Below, in pieces: positions 23,456 through 33,537 of a stretch of 64,000 nt of DNA (position 1 is its first letter; every line of letters begins with the position of its first letter). The stretch is from Anaeromyxobacter sp. Its GTDB lineage: Bacteria > Myxococcota > Myxococcia > Myxococcales > Anaeromyxobacteraceae. The position numbers were made by a program, and so were the translations under genes. The notes below the pieces were generated by a model. The model made no database searches, was not told the origin of the DNA, and saw only the letters and a list, made by a program, of their open reading frames with translations. The DNA is taken from the NCBI GenBank assembly GCA_049840735.1, contig JASGJN010000021.1, positions 64,001 through 128,000 of the forward strand. Reading direction: 5' to 3'.

Positions 23456-23835
23456 ATGGGAAGATCCTCTTCTCTTTTAGACTCGTCGCAGAAGCAGGGG
23501 CCCGGACCATGGGGACAACTGGCTGAGGCCCTTGGATCGACTCTGCTTTCTTGCCTGGATAACTGCCTGGATCCAGGCGGTCCCCGGTTGTGTAGCGCGC
23601 CGCGCGAAAGAGTGTCAACCGATGCCCACAGCTGATCCCCAGCGGGTTGACACCTGATCCACGCGGCTTCCACAGGGTTCCACCAGCAGTGCGATCCGCC
23701 TGATCCTGGGAGGCGCCTCCGGGTGTGGAGGGCGGCGGGGATACGCTGGGGTCCGTGTTCGAAAACGGCTGTGTCCCAGCGAGCATCGAAGCATGCGCTC
23801 GCGAGTCCGGTCGTGTGGATGAAGGGGGAAGCCTG
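23456..23835. promoter_or_regulatory. Probable oriC (dnaA-dnaN intergenic, degenerate DnaA boxes)
   Basis: Box-like 9-mers at 23510, 23554, 23622, 23633, 23655, 23666, 23676, 23724, 23736, 23814 (TGTGGATGA); AT-richer stretch 23453-23483. Confidence 0.75.
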
Positions 23836-23935
23836 ATCGGAGCCGACGGGGTTGGGGCGTCTGGCGGCCGTGGAGCGAGGACGTCCGAGCGAAGCGGCCG
23901 GCCGCAGGCTGAAAGCCGCCCTCGTGCGAGTCCCT

Positions 23936-23984
23936 GGCCTTCGACTCCGCGCCGCTGGCGCGGCGCTACGCTCAGGCCGAGCGG
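23936..23984 (-). repeat. REP-like unit
   Basis: GGCCTTCGACTCC-GCGCCGC-TG-GCGCGGCGC-TACGCTCAGGCCGAGCGG. Confidence 0.85.
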
Positions 23985-24060
23985 GGGCAGGTTCCTCGGG
24001 CCGGGGGGAGCCGCGTCGAGCGCCAGAGGCGGTTCGGGCCGGTGAAGCCGGCCCGAACTG

Positions 24061-25452
24061 TTACGGCATCAACCTTGCCGTCAGCGCCGCCACGTCCGTC
24101 TTCACCTTCTCGTCGCTCACCAGGAGGCCCTTGATGCGGTCCACGGCGGCGATGACGGTGGTGTGGTCCTTCTTGTTGAACTTCTCGGCGATGGACTGGA
24201 GCTTCTCGTCCGCCAGGAAGCGGCACAGGTACATGGCCACCTGGCGTGGGAGCGCCACCTTCTGCTCGCGCGAGGAGCTGGTCAGCTTGGCGACGGTCAG
24301 GCCGTAGTGGGTGGCCACCAGCGCCTGGATCTTCTCGATGGGCGGCTTGTAGCCGGGCGGCGGGATCACGTCGCCCAGGACGTCGCGCGCCAGCTGGACG
24401 GTGATGGGCTCGCTCTTGAGCGAGGCGAAGGCGGCCAGGCGCATCAGGGCGCCTTCCAGCTCGCGCACGTTGGAGCGGACGTGCTGGGCCAGGAGGGCGG
24501 TGACGTCGTCGGGGAGGTCGATGCTCTCCACGTCCGCCTTCTTCTTCAGGATGGCGGCGCGGGTCTCGAACTCGGGTGCCTCGATCTGCACCCGCATGCC
24601 CCACTCGAAGCGGGAGCAGAGCCGCTCGTCCAGCCCCTTCAGCTCCTTGGGCGGCCGATCGCTGGAGAGGACGATCTGGACGTGGTGATCGTGCAGCTCG
24701 TTGAACGTGTGGAAGAACTCCTCCGCCGTCTTGTCCTTGCCGGCGAGGAACTGCACGTCGTCCACCAGCAGCGCGGAGCACTCGCGGTACTTGCGCCGGA
24801 ACTCGTCCATGGTGCCCTTCGACAGGGCGGCCACGAAGTCGTTGGTGTAGCGCTCGGAGGAGACGATCGCGACCCGGCCGCCGCGCTCGGCCAGGATGGC
24901 GGCGGCGACGGCGTGGAGCAGGTGCGTCTTCCCCAGGCCGGAATCGCCGTGGAGGAAGAGCGGGTTCCAGGTGTTGCCGGGGTTGCGGGCCACCGACTGC
25001 GCGGCGGCGAAGGCGAAGTGGTTCGAGGCGCCGACCACGAACGTCTCGAAGGTGTAGCGGGGGTTCGGGCGCGTGTCGCGCGGGTCCACCAGCGCCGGCT
25101 CGGGCGGGCGGGGCAGCGGCGTGAGGCTCGGCACCATGGGCGAGGCCGCGGCCGAGGCGCTGAGCGGGAGCCGGGGCGCCTCGTCCACGTTGAAGGTGAT
25201 CCGCAGCCGCTCGCCGGTCAGCTCCGGGACGAACTCCTCGAACCAGGCCCGGTAGTTGTCCTCGACGAAGTCGCGGTGGAACTTGTCCGGGGCCCCGATC
25301 TGGAGGCGACCGTCGGAGAGGCCGATCGGGCGCAGCGGCGCGAACCAGCGCTCATAGAGGTCGGCGCGCAGGCGCGCGCGGAGGAACGCATCCACGCGGA
25401 TCCAGAGGTCGTCGAGCGGGTTGGGCACCTTGGCGCTCGCGGGCGATTCCAT
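24061..25452 (-). CDS. dnaA: Chromosomal replication initiator DnaA
   Basis: YTFETFVVG.SN, GDSGLGKTHL, DDVQFL, EEFFHTFN, NVRELEG, RQVAMYL, KDHTTV. Confidence 0.98.
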   Translation of the reverse strand: MESPASAKVPNPLDDLWIRVDAFLRARLRADLYERWFAPLRPIGLSDGRLQIGAPDKFHRDFVEDNYRAWFEEFVPELTGERLRITFNVDEAPRLPLSASAAASPMVPSLTPLPRPPEPALVDPRDTRPNPRYTFETFVVGASNHFAFAAAQSVARNPGNTWNPLFLHGDSGLGKTHLLHAVAAAILAERGGRVAIVSSERYTNDFVAALSKGTMDEFRRKYRECSALLVDDVQFLAGKDKTAEEFFHTFNELHDHHVQIVLSSDRPPKELKGLDERLCSRFEWGMRVQIEAPEFETRAAILKKKADVESIDLPDDVTALLAQHVRSNVRELEGALMRLAAFASLKSEPITVQLARDVLGDVIPPPGYKPPIEKIQALVATHYGLTVAKLTSSSREQKVALPRQVAMYLCRFLADEKLQSIAEKFNKKDHTTVIAAVDRIKGLLVSDEKVKTDVAALTARLMP

Positions 25453-25704
25453 CTCGACTTCCCCCGGTTGTACGGCGAAAAGGCGCCCACCCACCGATTC
25501 TCGACGGAGAACGCGGTGTTACTCGATCGCTCGGCCTTCGAGGGGTCGGGCGGGCCCGTGCAGCGTGGCGCGGAAGTTAGCGAAGGTGGCGAGGAGGGAT
25601 CAAGGCCGAGTTGGATCGAACCGGAAACGACGGCGGTTTCTCGGTGACGGCGAGGTGCCGCCGCGCCACCAGATCCGCGGCCGGGGAGGCTTGCGTGCCG
25701 ATCC

Positions 25705-25733
25705 TTGACAGGACGCGGGCGATCGGGGAGGTT
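25705..25733 (+). promoter_or_regulatory. Candidate rpmH promoter
   Basis: Perfect TTGACA, 17 bp, weak -10 GAGGTT. Confidence 0.4.
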
Positions 25734-25741
25734 GCCGCGCC

Positions 25742-25891
25742 ATGAAGCGGACTTTTCAACCCAAGAAGAAGAAGCTCAATCGTACGCACGGCTTCCGCAA
25801 GCGGTCCAGCACGCCGGGCGGCCGCAACGTCCTCAAGCGTCGGCGGGCCAAGGGGCGCGCAAAGCTGACCCCGAGCGCGCCGAAGAAGTAG
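25742..25891 (+). CDS. rpmH: 50S ribosomal protein L34 (absent from the ORF track)
   Basis: [49 protein letters not shown]. Confidence 0.97.
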   Translation: MKRTFQPKKKKLNRTHGFRKRSSTPGGRNVLKRRRAKGRAKLTPSAPKK

Positions 25892-25896
25892 CGCGG

Positions 25897-26238
25897 GTGA
25901 AGCTGGAGAAGGCGGCGCGGCTGCGGCGCCGCCGACAGTTCCTCGAGGTTCAGCAGCGGGGGCGGCGTCTCTACTCAGGAGAGGTGCTCGTCCTCGCGCT
26001 CGACTCTGGAGCGCCTGGGCCGCGGATCGGGATCACCGTGTCGTCCAGGGTCGGTAACGCCGTCGAGCGAAACCGGGTGAAGCGCTGGGTCCGAGAGGCC
26101 TGGCGCGAGATCCGGGCCGATCTCCCCGCCATCGACATCGTCCTCATCGCCCGCCCGCCCGCGGTCAGCATGGGTCTGCCCGGGGCGCGGCGGGCCCTTG
26201 CCTGCGCGCGGGACGCGCTGGCCGGAGGGCCGCGGTGA
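25897..26238 (+). CDS. rnpA: RNase P protein component
   Basis: [19 protein letters not shown] motif; position after rpmH. Confidence 0.95.
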   Translation: MKLEKAARLRRRRQFLEVQQRGRRLYSGEVLVLALDSGAPGPRIGITVSSRVGNAVERNRVKRWVREAWREIRADLPAIDIVLIARPPAVSMGLPGARRALACARDALAGGPR

Positions 26239-26465
26239 TCCGCCGGCTGCTGGTCGGCCTGGTGCGCCTGTACCAGCGGCTCCTGTCGCCGCTCCTCCCG
26301 CCGTCTTGCCGCTTCTACCCGAGCTGCTCGGCCTACGCCGTCACGGCGCTGCAGCGCCATGGCGCGCTCCGCGGCACCTGGCTCACCGCGCGACGTCTCT
26401 GCCGCTGCCATCCGTTCCATCCGGGCGGGATCGACCCCGTCCCCGAGATAACCCTAAAGAGGTAG
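26235..26465 (+). CDS. yidD: Membrane protein insertion efficiency factor
   Basis: [24 protein letters not shown]. Confidence 0.95.
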   Translation: MIRRLLVGLVRLYQRLLSPLLPPSCRFYPSCSAYAVTALQRHGALRGTWLTARRLCRCHPFHPGGIDPVPEITLKR

Positions 26466-26469
26466 AACC

Positions 26470-28089
26470 TTGAGCGCCGAAACCCGTCGTTTCGTGCTGG
26501 CCATCGCGCTGTCGCTCGCCGTGGTCTTCGTGTGGCAGACCTTCGCGCCGAAGCCGCAGAAGCCGGCGCCCGCGCCGGCGCCGGTCCAGGTCACGCCCGC
26601 GCCGGAGGCGGCGAAGAACCCGGAGGCGCCGGCGCCTGCCCAGGGCGGCGGCCAGGCGGCGGCCGCGGCGCCGGTGGACGCGCCGGAGGAGCTGGTGACG
26701 CTGGAGGGCGCGGAGTTCACCGCCCAGCTCAGCTCGCACGGCGGCACGCTCAAGCACTACCAGCTGCGCGATCACAAGTTCCAGGACCTGGACGTCGTCC
26801 ACGTCACCGACGGCCAGCCCTTCCCGCTGGCGCTGGTCCCCTCGCCCGAGCTGGGCGGCGGCGCCGACGCGGCCAGCGACCGCTGGGCCCGCGCGCCGAT
26901 GCGGGTGGTCTCGAAGGACGCGCGGTCGGTGGTCTTCGAGGGGCGCGTCGGCTCGGTCGAGGTCCGCAAGACCATCGCCGTCACCGGCAAGCCGTACGAG
27001 CTGGCGGTGCGGATCGAGGCCAGCGGCGGCGCGAAGGGCGGCACGGTGAGCGTGCTCTTCCCGTCCTACCAGCCGCCCAACGCCCAGACCGGCGGCATCT
27101 TCTCCGGCCCGCCGCTCAACGTGATGCGGCCGGTCTGCCGCGCCGGCACCAGCACCGAGCGGTACGACCTGGCCAAGGACCCGGGCAGCGAGAAGGTGGC
27201 CGGCGACGCGGTCTGGATGGGCGCCGACCAGCACTACTTCATCGGCGCGCTGGTGCTCGACCAGGCCGCCGGCACCTGCGTCTTCACCCGCGGCCCCGCC
27301 GCCGGCACCGGCCTGGTGGCGCTGGTCCTGCCGCTGGAGGGGCCGCGCACCGTCACCGGCCAGCTCTTCGTCGGCCCCAAGGACATCGACTACCTGCGCG
27401 TCTACGGCCGGTCCTTCGAGACCGCCATCGAGTACGGCGCCTTCGCGAAGCCCTTCGCCCTCTTCGCCCGCGGCCTGCTCTACGTGATGCGCTGGCTGGC
27501 CAGCATCGTGAAGAACTGGGGCGTCGCCATCATCCTGCTGACCCTGCTGGTCAAGGTCGTGCTGCTCCCGCTCACCTACAAGTCGATGAAGTCGATGAAC
27601 GAGATGCGGCGGCTGCAGCCGGAGATGGAGAAGCTCAAGGCCAAGTTCCCGGGGCCGGAGAACCGGGAGAAGCTGCAGATGGCGACGATGCAGATGTACC
27701 AGCAGCACAAGGTCAACCCGCTGGGCGGGTGCCTGCCGATGCTGCTCCAGATGCCGATCTGGTTCGCGCTCTACGCCGCGCTGCAGACCTCGGTCGAGCT
27801 CTACCGCCAGCCGTTCCTCTGGATGGCCGACCTGACCGCCAAGGACCCGTTCTACATCCTGCCCCTGCTGATGGGCGTCTCGAGCTTCCTGATGCAGAAG
27901 CTGGCGCCGCAGCCGGCCGACAACGCGCAGGCCAAGATGATGCTTTACTTCATGCCGGCCATCTTCACCGTCATGATGCTGGGGCTGCCGGCCGGCCTGA
28001 CGCTCTACATCTTCGTGAACAACCTGCTGTCGATCATCCAGCAGCAGGCCATGTTCAAGCAGACGCCCGCCGTCGCCACCGCCAAGTAG
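26470..28089 (+). CDS. yidC: Membrane protein insertase YidC
   Basis: NWGVAIILLT, NPLGGCLP.LLQMP, PAGLTLY. Confidence 0.97.
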   Translation: MSAETRRFVLAIALSLAVVFVWQTFAPKPQKPAPAPAPVQVTPAPEAAKNPEAPAPAQGGGQAAAAAPVDAPEELVTLEGAEFTAQLSSHGGTLKHYQLRDHKFQDLDVVHVTDGQPFPLALVPSPELGGGADAASDRWARAPMRVVSKDARSVVFEGRVGSVEVRKTIAVTGKPYELAVRIEASGGAKGGTVSVLFPSYQPPNAQTGGIFSGPPLNVMRPVCRAGTSTERYDLAKDPGSEKVAGDAVWMGADQHYFIGALVLDQAAGTCVFTRGPAAGTGLVALVLPLEGPRTVTGQLFVGPKDIDYLRVYGRSFETAIEYGAFAKPFALFARGLLYVMRWLASIVKNWGVAIILLTLLVKVVLLPLTYKSMKSMNEMRRLQPEMEKLKAKFPGPENREKLQMATMQMYQQHKVNPLGGCLPMLLQMPIWFALYAALQTSVELYRQPFLWMADLTAKDPFYILPLLMGVSSFLMQKLAPQPADNAQAKMMLYFMPAIFTVMMLGLPAGLTLYIFVNNLLSIIQQQAMFKQTPAVATAK

Positions 28090-28101
28090 CCGGAGGCCGC
28101 C

Positions 28102-28602
28102 GTGGACCACACCGATCGCGAGAGCACCCCGCCCCCGCGCCACGCGCCCGAGAAGGTGGCGCGGGCGCAGTCCTTCTGCGAGGAGCTGCTGCAGCGCCTG
28201 GGCGGGGACGTCCAGGTCGAGGTGAAGGAGACGCCTGAGGCCATCGGCGTCTCGCTCACGCCGCGCGAGGGCAACACCCTCGAGCTGGCCTCGGCGCTGA
28301 TCGAGGCCGTGCAGCACCTGGTGAACCGGGTCGTGAACCCGCGCGCCGAGGGGCGGAAGTGGGTGAACCTCGACGTGGGCGGCTTCCGCGAGGAGGGCGA
28401 CCCGGCGGTGAAGGCCATGGCCGAGCGGCTGGCCGCCTCGGCCCGTCGGACCGGCAAGGTGCTCGCCATCTCGCCCTGCTCGGCCCGCGAGCGCCGGCAG
28501 ATCCACCTGGCCCTGGTCGGCGTCGAGGGCGTCTCGACCCGCAGCGAGGGCGAGGGGCTGTTCCGGCAGCTGCTGATCATTCCAGACGCCCCTAAGGCCT
28601 AG
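28102..28602 (+). CDS. jag: Jag/KhpB-like KH-R3H RNA-binding protein (short form)
   Basis: ERRQIH R3H motif, TRSEGEG; position after yidC. Confidence 0.8.
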   Translation: MDHTDRESTPPPRHAPEKVARAQSFCEELLQRLGGDVQVEVKETPEAIGVSLTPREGNTLELASALIEAVQHLVNRVVNPRAEGRKWVNLDVGGFREEGDPAVKAMAERLAASARRTGKVLAISPCSARERRQIHLALVGVEGVSTRSEGEGLFRQLLIIPDAPKA

Positions 28603-28604
28603 GC

Positions 28605-28817
28605 GTGGCGAGGGAGAAGTCCAAGCAGGAGAAGCTCTTCTCCGCAGCCGTCCTGCGGCGCTCGTTCGAGCTGCAGGACGGCGAATACAGGGAAGGTTTC
28701 CGCTTCGTCTACGAGGGCGTGCTGCGGGACCTTGGCCTGGAGCAGGACGAGGTCGAGGCGTACCTCGCCGCCCACCGCGCTGAGATCGAGGCGGCCATCG
28801 GCCGCCGGGGGAAGTAG
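28605..28817 (+). CDS. Small hypothetical protein (70 aa)
   Basis: Fits tightly between jag and rsmG; plausible globular composition. Confidence 0.7.
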   Translation: MAREKSKQEKLFSAAVLRRSFELQDGEYREGFRFVYEGVLRDLGLEQDEVEAYLAAHRAEIEAAIGRRGK

Positions 28818-28820
28818 CCG

Positions 28821-29465
28821 GTGGAGGCCGCCTTCCGCGAGACGCTGGCCAGCGGAGTGGCCGCGCTCGGCCTCCCTGTCGACGCCCGCGCCCTGGCGCT
28901 GCTCGAGCGCTACGCCGACCGGTTGCTGGCCTGGAACCGGAAGGTGAACCTCACCGCCATCACCGCGCCGGCGGAGGTGGCCGAGAAGCACCTGGTGGAC
29001 AGCCTGGCGGTCCTCCCGTCGCTCGGTCCGGCGCGGTCGCTGCTGGACCTGGGCGCCGGGGCCGGCCTGCCGGGCGTGCCCCTCGCCTGCGCCCGGCCGG
29101 AGCTGCAGGTCACCTGCTGCGACTCGGTCAGCAAGAAGGTCGCCTTCGTGAAGGCTGTCGCCGTCGAGCTGGGCCTCGAGAACGTCCGCGGCGTCGCCGC
29201 CCGGGCCACCGGCAACCCCGACGCCGACCGCCTCCCCCGCGCCGAGGCCGTGATCTCTCGCGCCCTGACCGACCCCGAGCAGTGGCTGCCGCTCGGGAAG
29301 GCGTACCTCGCCGAGGGCGGCGTGCTGCTGGCCATGCTCGGCCGTGAGGCCGACGAGGCCAAGCTGGCGGACGTCGGGGCGCGGAACGGGCTGCGGCTCG
29401 AGGGCGTGCAGCGGTTCGAGCTGCCGGTCTCCCGGGCCCCCCGCGCCGTGGCGCGGTGGCGGTAG
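28821..29465 (+). CDS. rsmG: 16S rRNA m7G527 methyltransferase
   Basis: [27 protein letters not shown]. Confidence 0.96.
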   Translation: MEAAFRETLASGVAALGLPVDARALALLERYADRLLAWNRKVNLTAITAPAEVAEKHLVDSLAVLPSLGPARSLLDLGAGAGLPGVPLACARPELQVTCCDSVSKKVAFVKAVAVELGLENVRGVAARATGNPDADRLPRAEAVISRALTDPEQWLPLGKAYLAEGGVLLAMLGREADEAKLADVGARNGLRLEGVQRFELPVSRAPRAVARWR

Positions 29466-29578
29466 CTGTTCTGGCCGGCTTCATCGGCCCGTTCCGGCGC
29501 TGACCGCGCGCGCCGGGTGTCCCAGCCCAGGGACTCCTCGCGAGGCAATGCTCGGCGTCGCCCCTCCACGCCTGCGGC

Positions 29579-29868
29579 CGGCCGCTTCGCTCGGACGTCT
29601 TCGGCCCGGCCGCTCAGGGCGGTCCGCGCGCGTGCCGGACTCCGTGTCAGCGCGAGCCGGGCACAACGCAGGGCCCCGGCCGACCGCCGAGCGAGTCTTT
29701 CCCGCGCCGCGTGGACCCAGCGGTCGGCCAGGGCCCTTTGAACGGGTGCCCGGCTCGCAGCGCTGGACGCGAGCCGCGCGCGTACCTGGTCGCCCAGATA
29801 TGCGGGCCTGCGGATTGTCCTCGCTCCGCGGCCATCCTCCGGCGCTACGAGGCTTGCGGAGGCGGTCG
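29579..29868. repeat. Left arm of ~290-bp imperfect inverted repeat
   Basis: Reverse complement aligns with 30067..30360; 22-nt exact block 29651-29672 vs 30266-30287. Confidence 0.85.
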
Positions 29869-29900
29869 AGTCTGCGCGCAGTACCGGCCACGCCTCCCCC

Positions 29901-29950
29901 CCGGTCAGCCTGAGCGTAGGGCCGGCGTCCGCCGGCCCGGAGTCGAAGGC
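29901..29950 (+). repeat. REP-like unit
   Basis: GCCTGAGCGTAGGGCCGGCG-TC-CGCCGGCCCGGAGTCGAAGGC. Confidence 0.85.
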
Positions 29951-29988
29951 AAGCGTTGACCAGGCTTGAGCTGAGCTTCGAGGGATTC

Positions 29989-30004
29989 TGTTCCACGTGG
30001 AACG
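29989..30004. promoter_or_regulatory. parS site 1
   Basis: TGTTCCACGTGGAACG. Confidence 0.9.
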
Positions 30005-30066
30005 TCGCTGCGCTGGCAGCGTTGGCCCCGGGACCGAACCAGGCTTCGCGCGCATCGCCCCCGCCG

Positions 30067-30360
30067 CGACCGCGCCCTCGAGTCCCGCAGCGCCGCAGGA
30101 CGGCCGCGAAGCGAGGACTTTGGCGGAGGCCCGCATCACAGGCAGAGCAGGTACGCGCGCGGCACCCGTTCAGCGGGGCGAGCCGGGCACCCGTCCAAAG
30201 GCCCCTCGCCGACCGCCGCCTTCGACCACGGCGCGGGAGTGGACCGGTCGCTGGTCGGCGAGGGGCCTGCGTTGTGCCCGGCTCGCGATGACACGGAGTC
30301 CGGCCCGCGCGCGGAGCGCTCCGATTGGCCGGGCCGCAGCAAGTCCGAGCGAAGCGGCCG
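30067..30360. repeat. Right arm of ~290-bp imperfect inverted repeat
   Basis: Diverged inverted copy of 29579..29868. Confidence 0.85.
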
Positions 30361-30410
30361 TTCCGGAGGCGCGGAGGGACGACGCCCAGCGGGGCCACGA
30401 CCGGTCCCGT

Positions 30411-30484
30411 CTTCGACAGGTTCAGGGCGAACCCCGGCCTTCGACTCCGCGCCGCTGACGCGGCGCTACGCTCAGGCTGACCGG
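30411..30484 (-). repeat. Two tandem REP-like units (short and long form)
   Basis: CTTCGACAGGTTCAGGGCGAAC then GCCTTCGACTCC-hairpin-CTACGCTCAGGC. Confidence 0.8.
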
Positions 30485-30539
30485 GACAATCCAAGTGCCT
30501 TGCGAAGCTGCCAGGGCCATGAGAGGCGCGTCGAAAGCA

Positions 30540-30633
30540 AACCGGAACCGGAACCGGAACCGGAACCGGAACCGGAACCGGAACCGGAACCGGAACCGGA
30601 ACCGGAACCGGAACCCCGGACCCCGGACCCCGG
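30540..30633. repeat. Microsatellite (AACCGG)12 followed by (ACCCCGG)3
   Basis: Counted directly: 30540-30611 and 30613-30633. Confidence 0.95.
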
Positions 30634-30655
30634 GATTACTGGCCACCTCTCGCGA

Positions 30656-30671
30656 TGTTCCACGTGGAACA
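30656..30671. promoter_or_regulatory. parS site 2
   Basis: Perfect palindrome TGTTCCACGTGGAACA. Confidence 0.95.
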
Positions 30672-30705
30672 GCAGCCGAGCCAACCCCCGCCCGCTGGCG
30701 TGGGT

Positions 30706-30721
30706 TGTTTCACGTGGAACA
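30706..30721. promoter_or_regulatory. parS site 3
   Basis: TGTTTCACGTGGAACA. Confidence 0.95.
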
Positions 30722-30825
30722 CCGTGTCAGGGGGATAGGGCATGGTGCCGTCGCCACGACCAGGGGGTCGGGCAGACGACATCGAGGGGTTCGCCTTGAA
30801 CAAGCCTCAGCTGGAAGTCGGGTCC

Positions 30826-31596
30826 ATGAGCCGCATCCTCACCATCGCGAATCAGAAGGGCGGCGTCGGCAAGACCACGACCGCCGTGAACCTGGCCGCG
30901 TCGCTGGCCGCCGCCGAGCGCCGGACGCTGCTCATCGACGTCGACCCGCAGGGAAACGCCGGCAGCGCGCTCGGCATCCGCCGCGACGACAGCGAGAAGT
31001 CGATCTACGAGGTGCTGCTCGACGGGCTTCCGCTCAAGGAGGCCGTGCGCAAGAGCGAGCTCAAGTTCCTCGACCTCGTCCCCGCCTCCGCGCACCTGGT
31101 CGGCGCCGAGCTCGAGCTCGCCGAGATCGACCACCGCGAGTACCGGCTCAAGCGCGCCGTCGATTCGATCCAAGGCGAGTACGAGTACATCGTCATCGAC
31201 TGCCCGCCCTCGCTCGGCCTGCTCACGCTCAACGGGCTGGTCGCCGCTCGCGGCGTCGTCATCCCGCTGCAGTGCGAGTACTACGCGCTCGAGGGTCTCG
31301 CCGACGTGCTCAAGACCATCGAGCTCGTCCGCGCCAGCGCCAACCCCGAGCTCAAGGTCGACGGCATCGTCCTGACCATGTTCTCGCCCAACAACCTGTC
31401 CAACCAGGTCGCCGACGAGATCCGGAAGACCTTCGAGAAGCAGGTCTTCAACACCGTCATCCCGCGCAACGTCCGGCTGTCCGAGGCGCCTTCGCACGGC
31501 AAGCCCGTGCTGCTCTACGACGTGACGTCCAAGGGGTGCCAGAGCTACCTCGAGCTCGCGCGCGAGGTCACCACCCGGCTCGGAGGTGTCGCGTGA
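30826..31596 (+). CDS. parA: Chromosome partitioning ATPase ParA/Soj
   Basis: NQKGGVGKTT, DPQGNA, IDCPPSLG, QCEYYALEG, LSEAPSHG. Confidence 0.97.
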   Translation: MSRILTIANQKGGVGKTTTAVNLAASLAAAERRTLLIDVDPQGNAGSALGIRRDDSEKSIYEVLLDGLPLKEAVRKSELKFLDLVPASAHLVGAELELAEIDHREYRLKRAVDSIQGEYEYIVIDCPPSLGLLTLNGLVAARGVVIPLQCEYYALEGLADVLKTIELVRASANPELKVDGIVLTMFSPNNLSNQVADEIRKTFEKQVFNTVIPRNVRLSEAPSHGKPVLLYDVTSKGCQSYLELAREVTTRLGGVA

Positions 31597-31601
31597 GCAC
31601 C

Positions 31602-32493
<892 letters not shown>

Positions 32494-32541
32494 CTATAGG
32501 GTCCGTTTTCGCGATGAGTGAGAACGGCCCAGCGAGGACGG

Positions 32542-33084
32542 ATGTCCTTCTGGAGCAAGCTGCGGGATGAGGCGACGTCGCCGGCTGCCGGTGCGATCGC
32601 ACCAGCAGCGCCCACGCCCACGAGGCCCAAGTACGAGGAGTCGAGAAACATGGCCATGCTGAAGCGCGAAGAACTGACCTCCGTCCCCACGGCGACGGGC
32701 GACCTGAACGCCCTCCTCGGCCGCGGTTCGGAGTTCGAAGGCAAGCTGACCTTCGAGGGAACGGTCCGCATCGACGGGAAGTTCACCGGCACCATCGTCA
32801 CCAACGACGTCCTGGTCGTCGGTGAGGGCGCCAAGATCTCCGCCGAGATCACCTGCGGGACGATCATCGTCCACGGTGAGATCACCGGGAACGTCCGCGC
32901 CAAGAACGCGGTCGAGCTGCACCACCCGGCCAAGATGCGCGGCAACCTGGAGACCCCGTCCCTGATGATCGAGAAGGGCGTGGTGTTCGAGGGGCAGTGC
33001 AAGATGGACGGCATCAGCGCCGACAAGGGCGGCGCCAAGAAGGACCAGCCGGCCGTCGCGCCGGTGGCCGCCGTCAAGGCGTAG
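32542..33084 (+). CDS. Bactofilin (polymer-forming cytoskeletal protein, BacM-like)
   Basis: LLGRGSEFEGKLTFEGTVRIDG...IEKGVVFEGQCKM; follows parB. Confidence 0.92.
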   Translation: MSFWSKLRDEATSPAAGAIAPAAPTPTRPKYEESRNMAMLKREELTSVPTATGDLNALLGRGSEFEGKLTFEGTVRIDGKFTGTIVTNDVLVVGEGAKISAEITCGTIIVHGEITGNVRAKNAVELHHPAKMRGNLETPSLMIEKGVVFEGQCKMDGISADKGGAKKDQPAVAPVAAVKA

Positions 33085-33119
33085 CGCCCAAGGCGCTGCA
33101 GCACCGGCCGTCCAACCCC

Positions 33120-33146
33120 GCCCTTCGACAGGCTCGGGGCGGACGG
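33120..33146 (-). repeat. Short-form REP-like unit
   Basis: GCCCTTCGACAGGCTCGGGGCGGACGG. Confidence 0.7.
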
Positions 33147-33155
33147 CCCGAAGGG

Positions 33156-33190
33156 AAGAGCGGGCCCCGTTCGACGGGCGCCCGCTCTTT
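33156..33190 (+). terminator. Intrinsic terminator after the bactofilin gene
   Basis: AAGAGCGGGC-CCCGT-TCG-ACGGG-C-GCCCGCTCTTT. Confidence 0.7.
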
Positions 33191-33537
33191 CCATTTCGGG
33201 GTGCCTTCGCACCGCGCGCGGCTGGAATCGGCAACTGCCTTCCGCGGGGCTACGGCCCGGAGGTGAGCGGCGCACGCGCCCAGCAGCACCGCCACGCGAC
33301 TCGAACCGGCGGATCCCTCCGCGGAATCGCATAGGTATTGCCGCGACTTACCCGCACCCCTGGGAGGGCCCTGGGCCGGCCCGGCCGGCGCGCCACTCGA
33401 CGGACGCCAAAATGGGCGCCCCGCCGGTGTTCGCCTTCAACTCCCAAGAGGGCTGTAAGCGCCCCGTAAGTCTATGATGTGACACGGCGTGAGGTCTTGA
33501 CCGCGCACCCCTGCGGTGTTACCCAACCCGTCCCAAT

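Noticed and set aside
25453..25741. dnaA-rpmH spacer as oriC
   Set aside because: No convincing DnaA-box cluster; box-like sites concentrate between dnaA and dnaN
30495..30684. ORFs with poly-NR, EP, FR or GS dipeptides
   Set aside because: Translations of the AACCGG microsatellite in a parS-containing intergenic region
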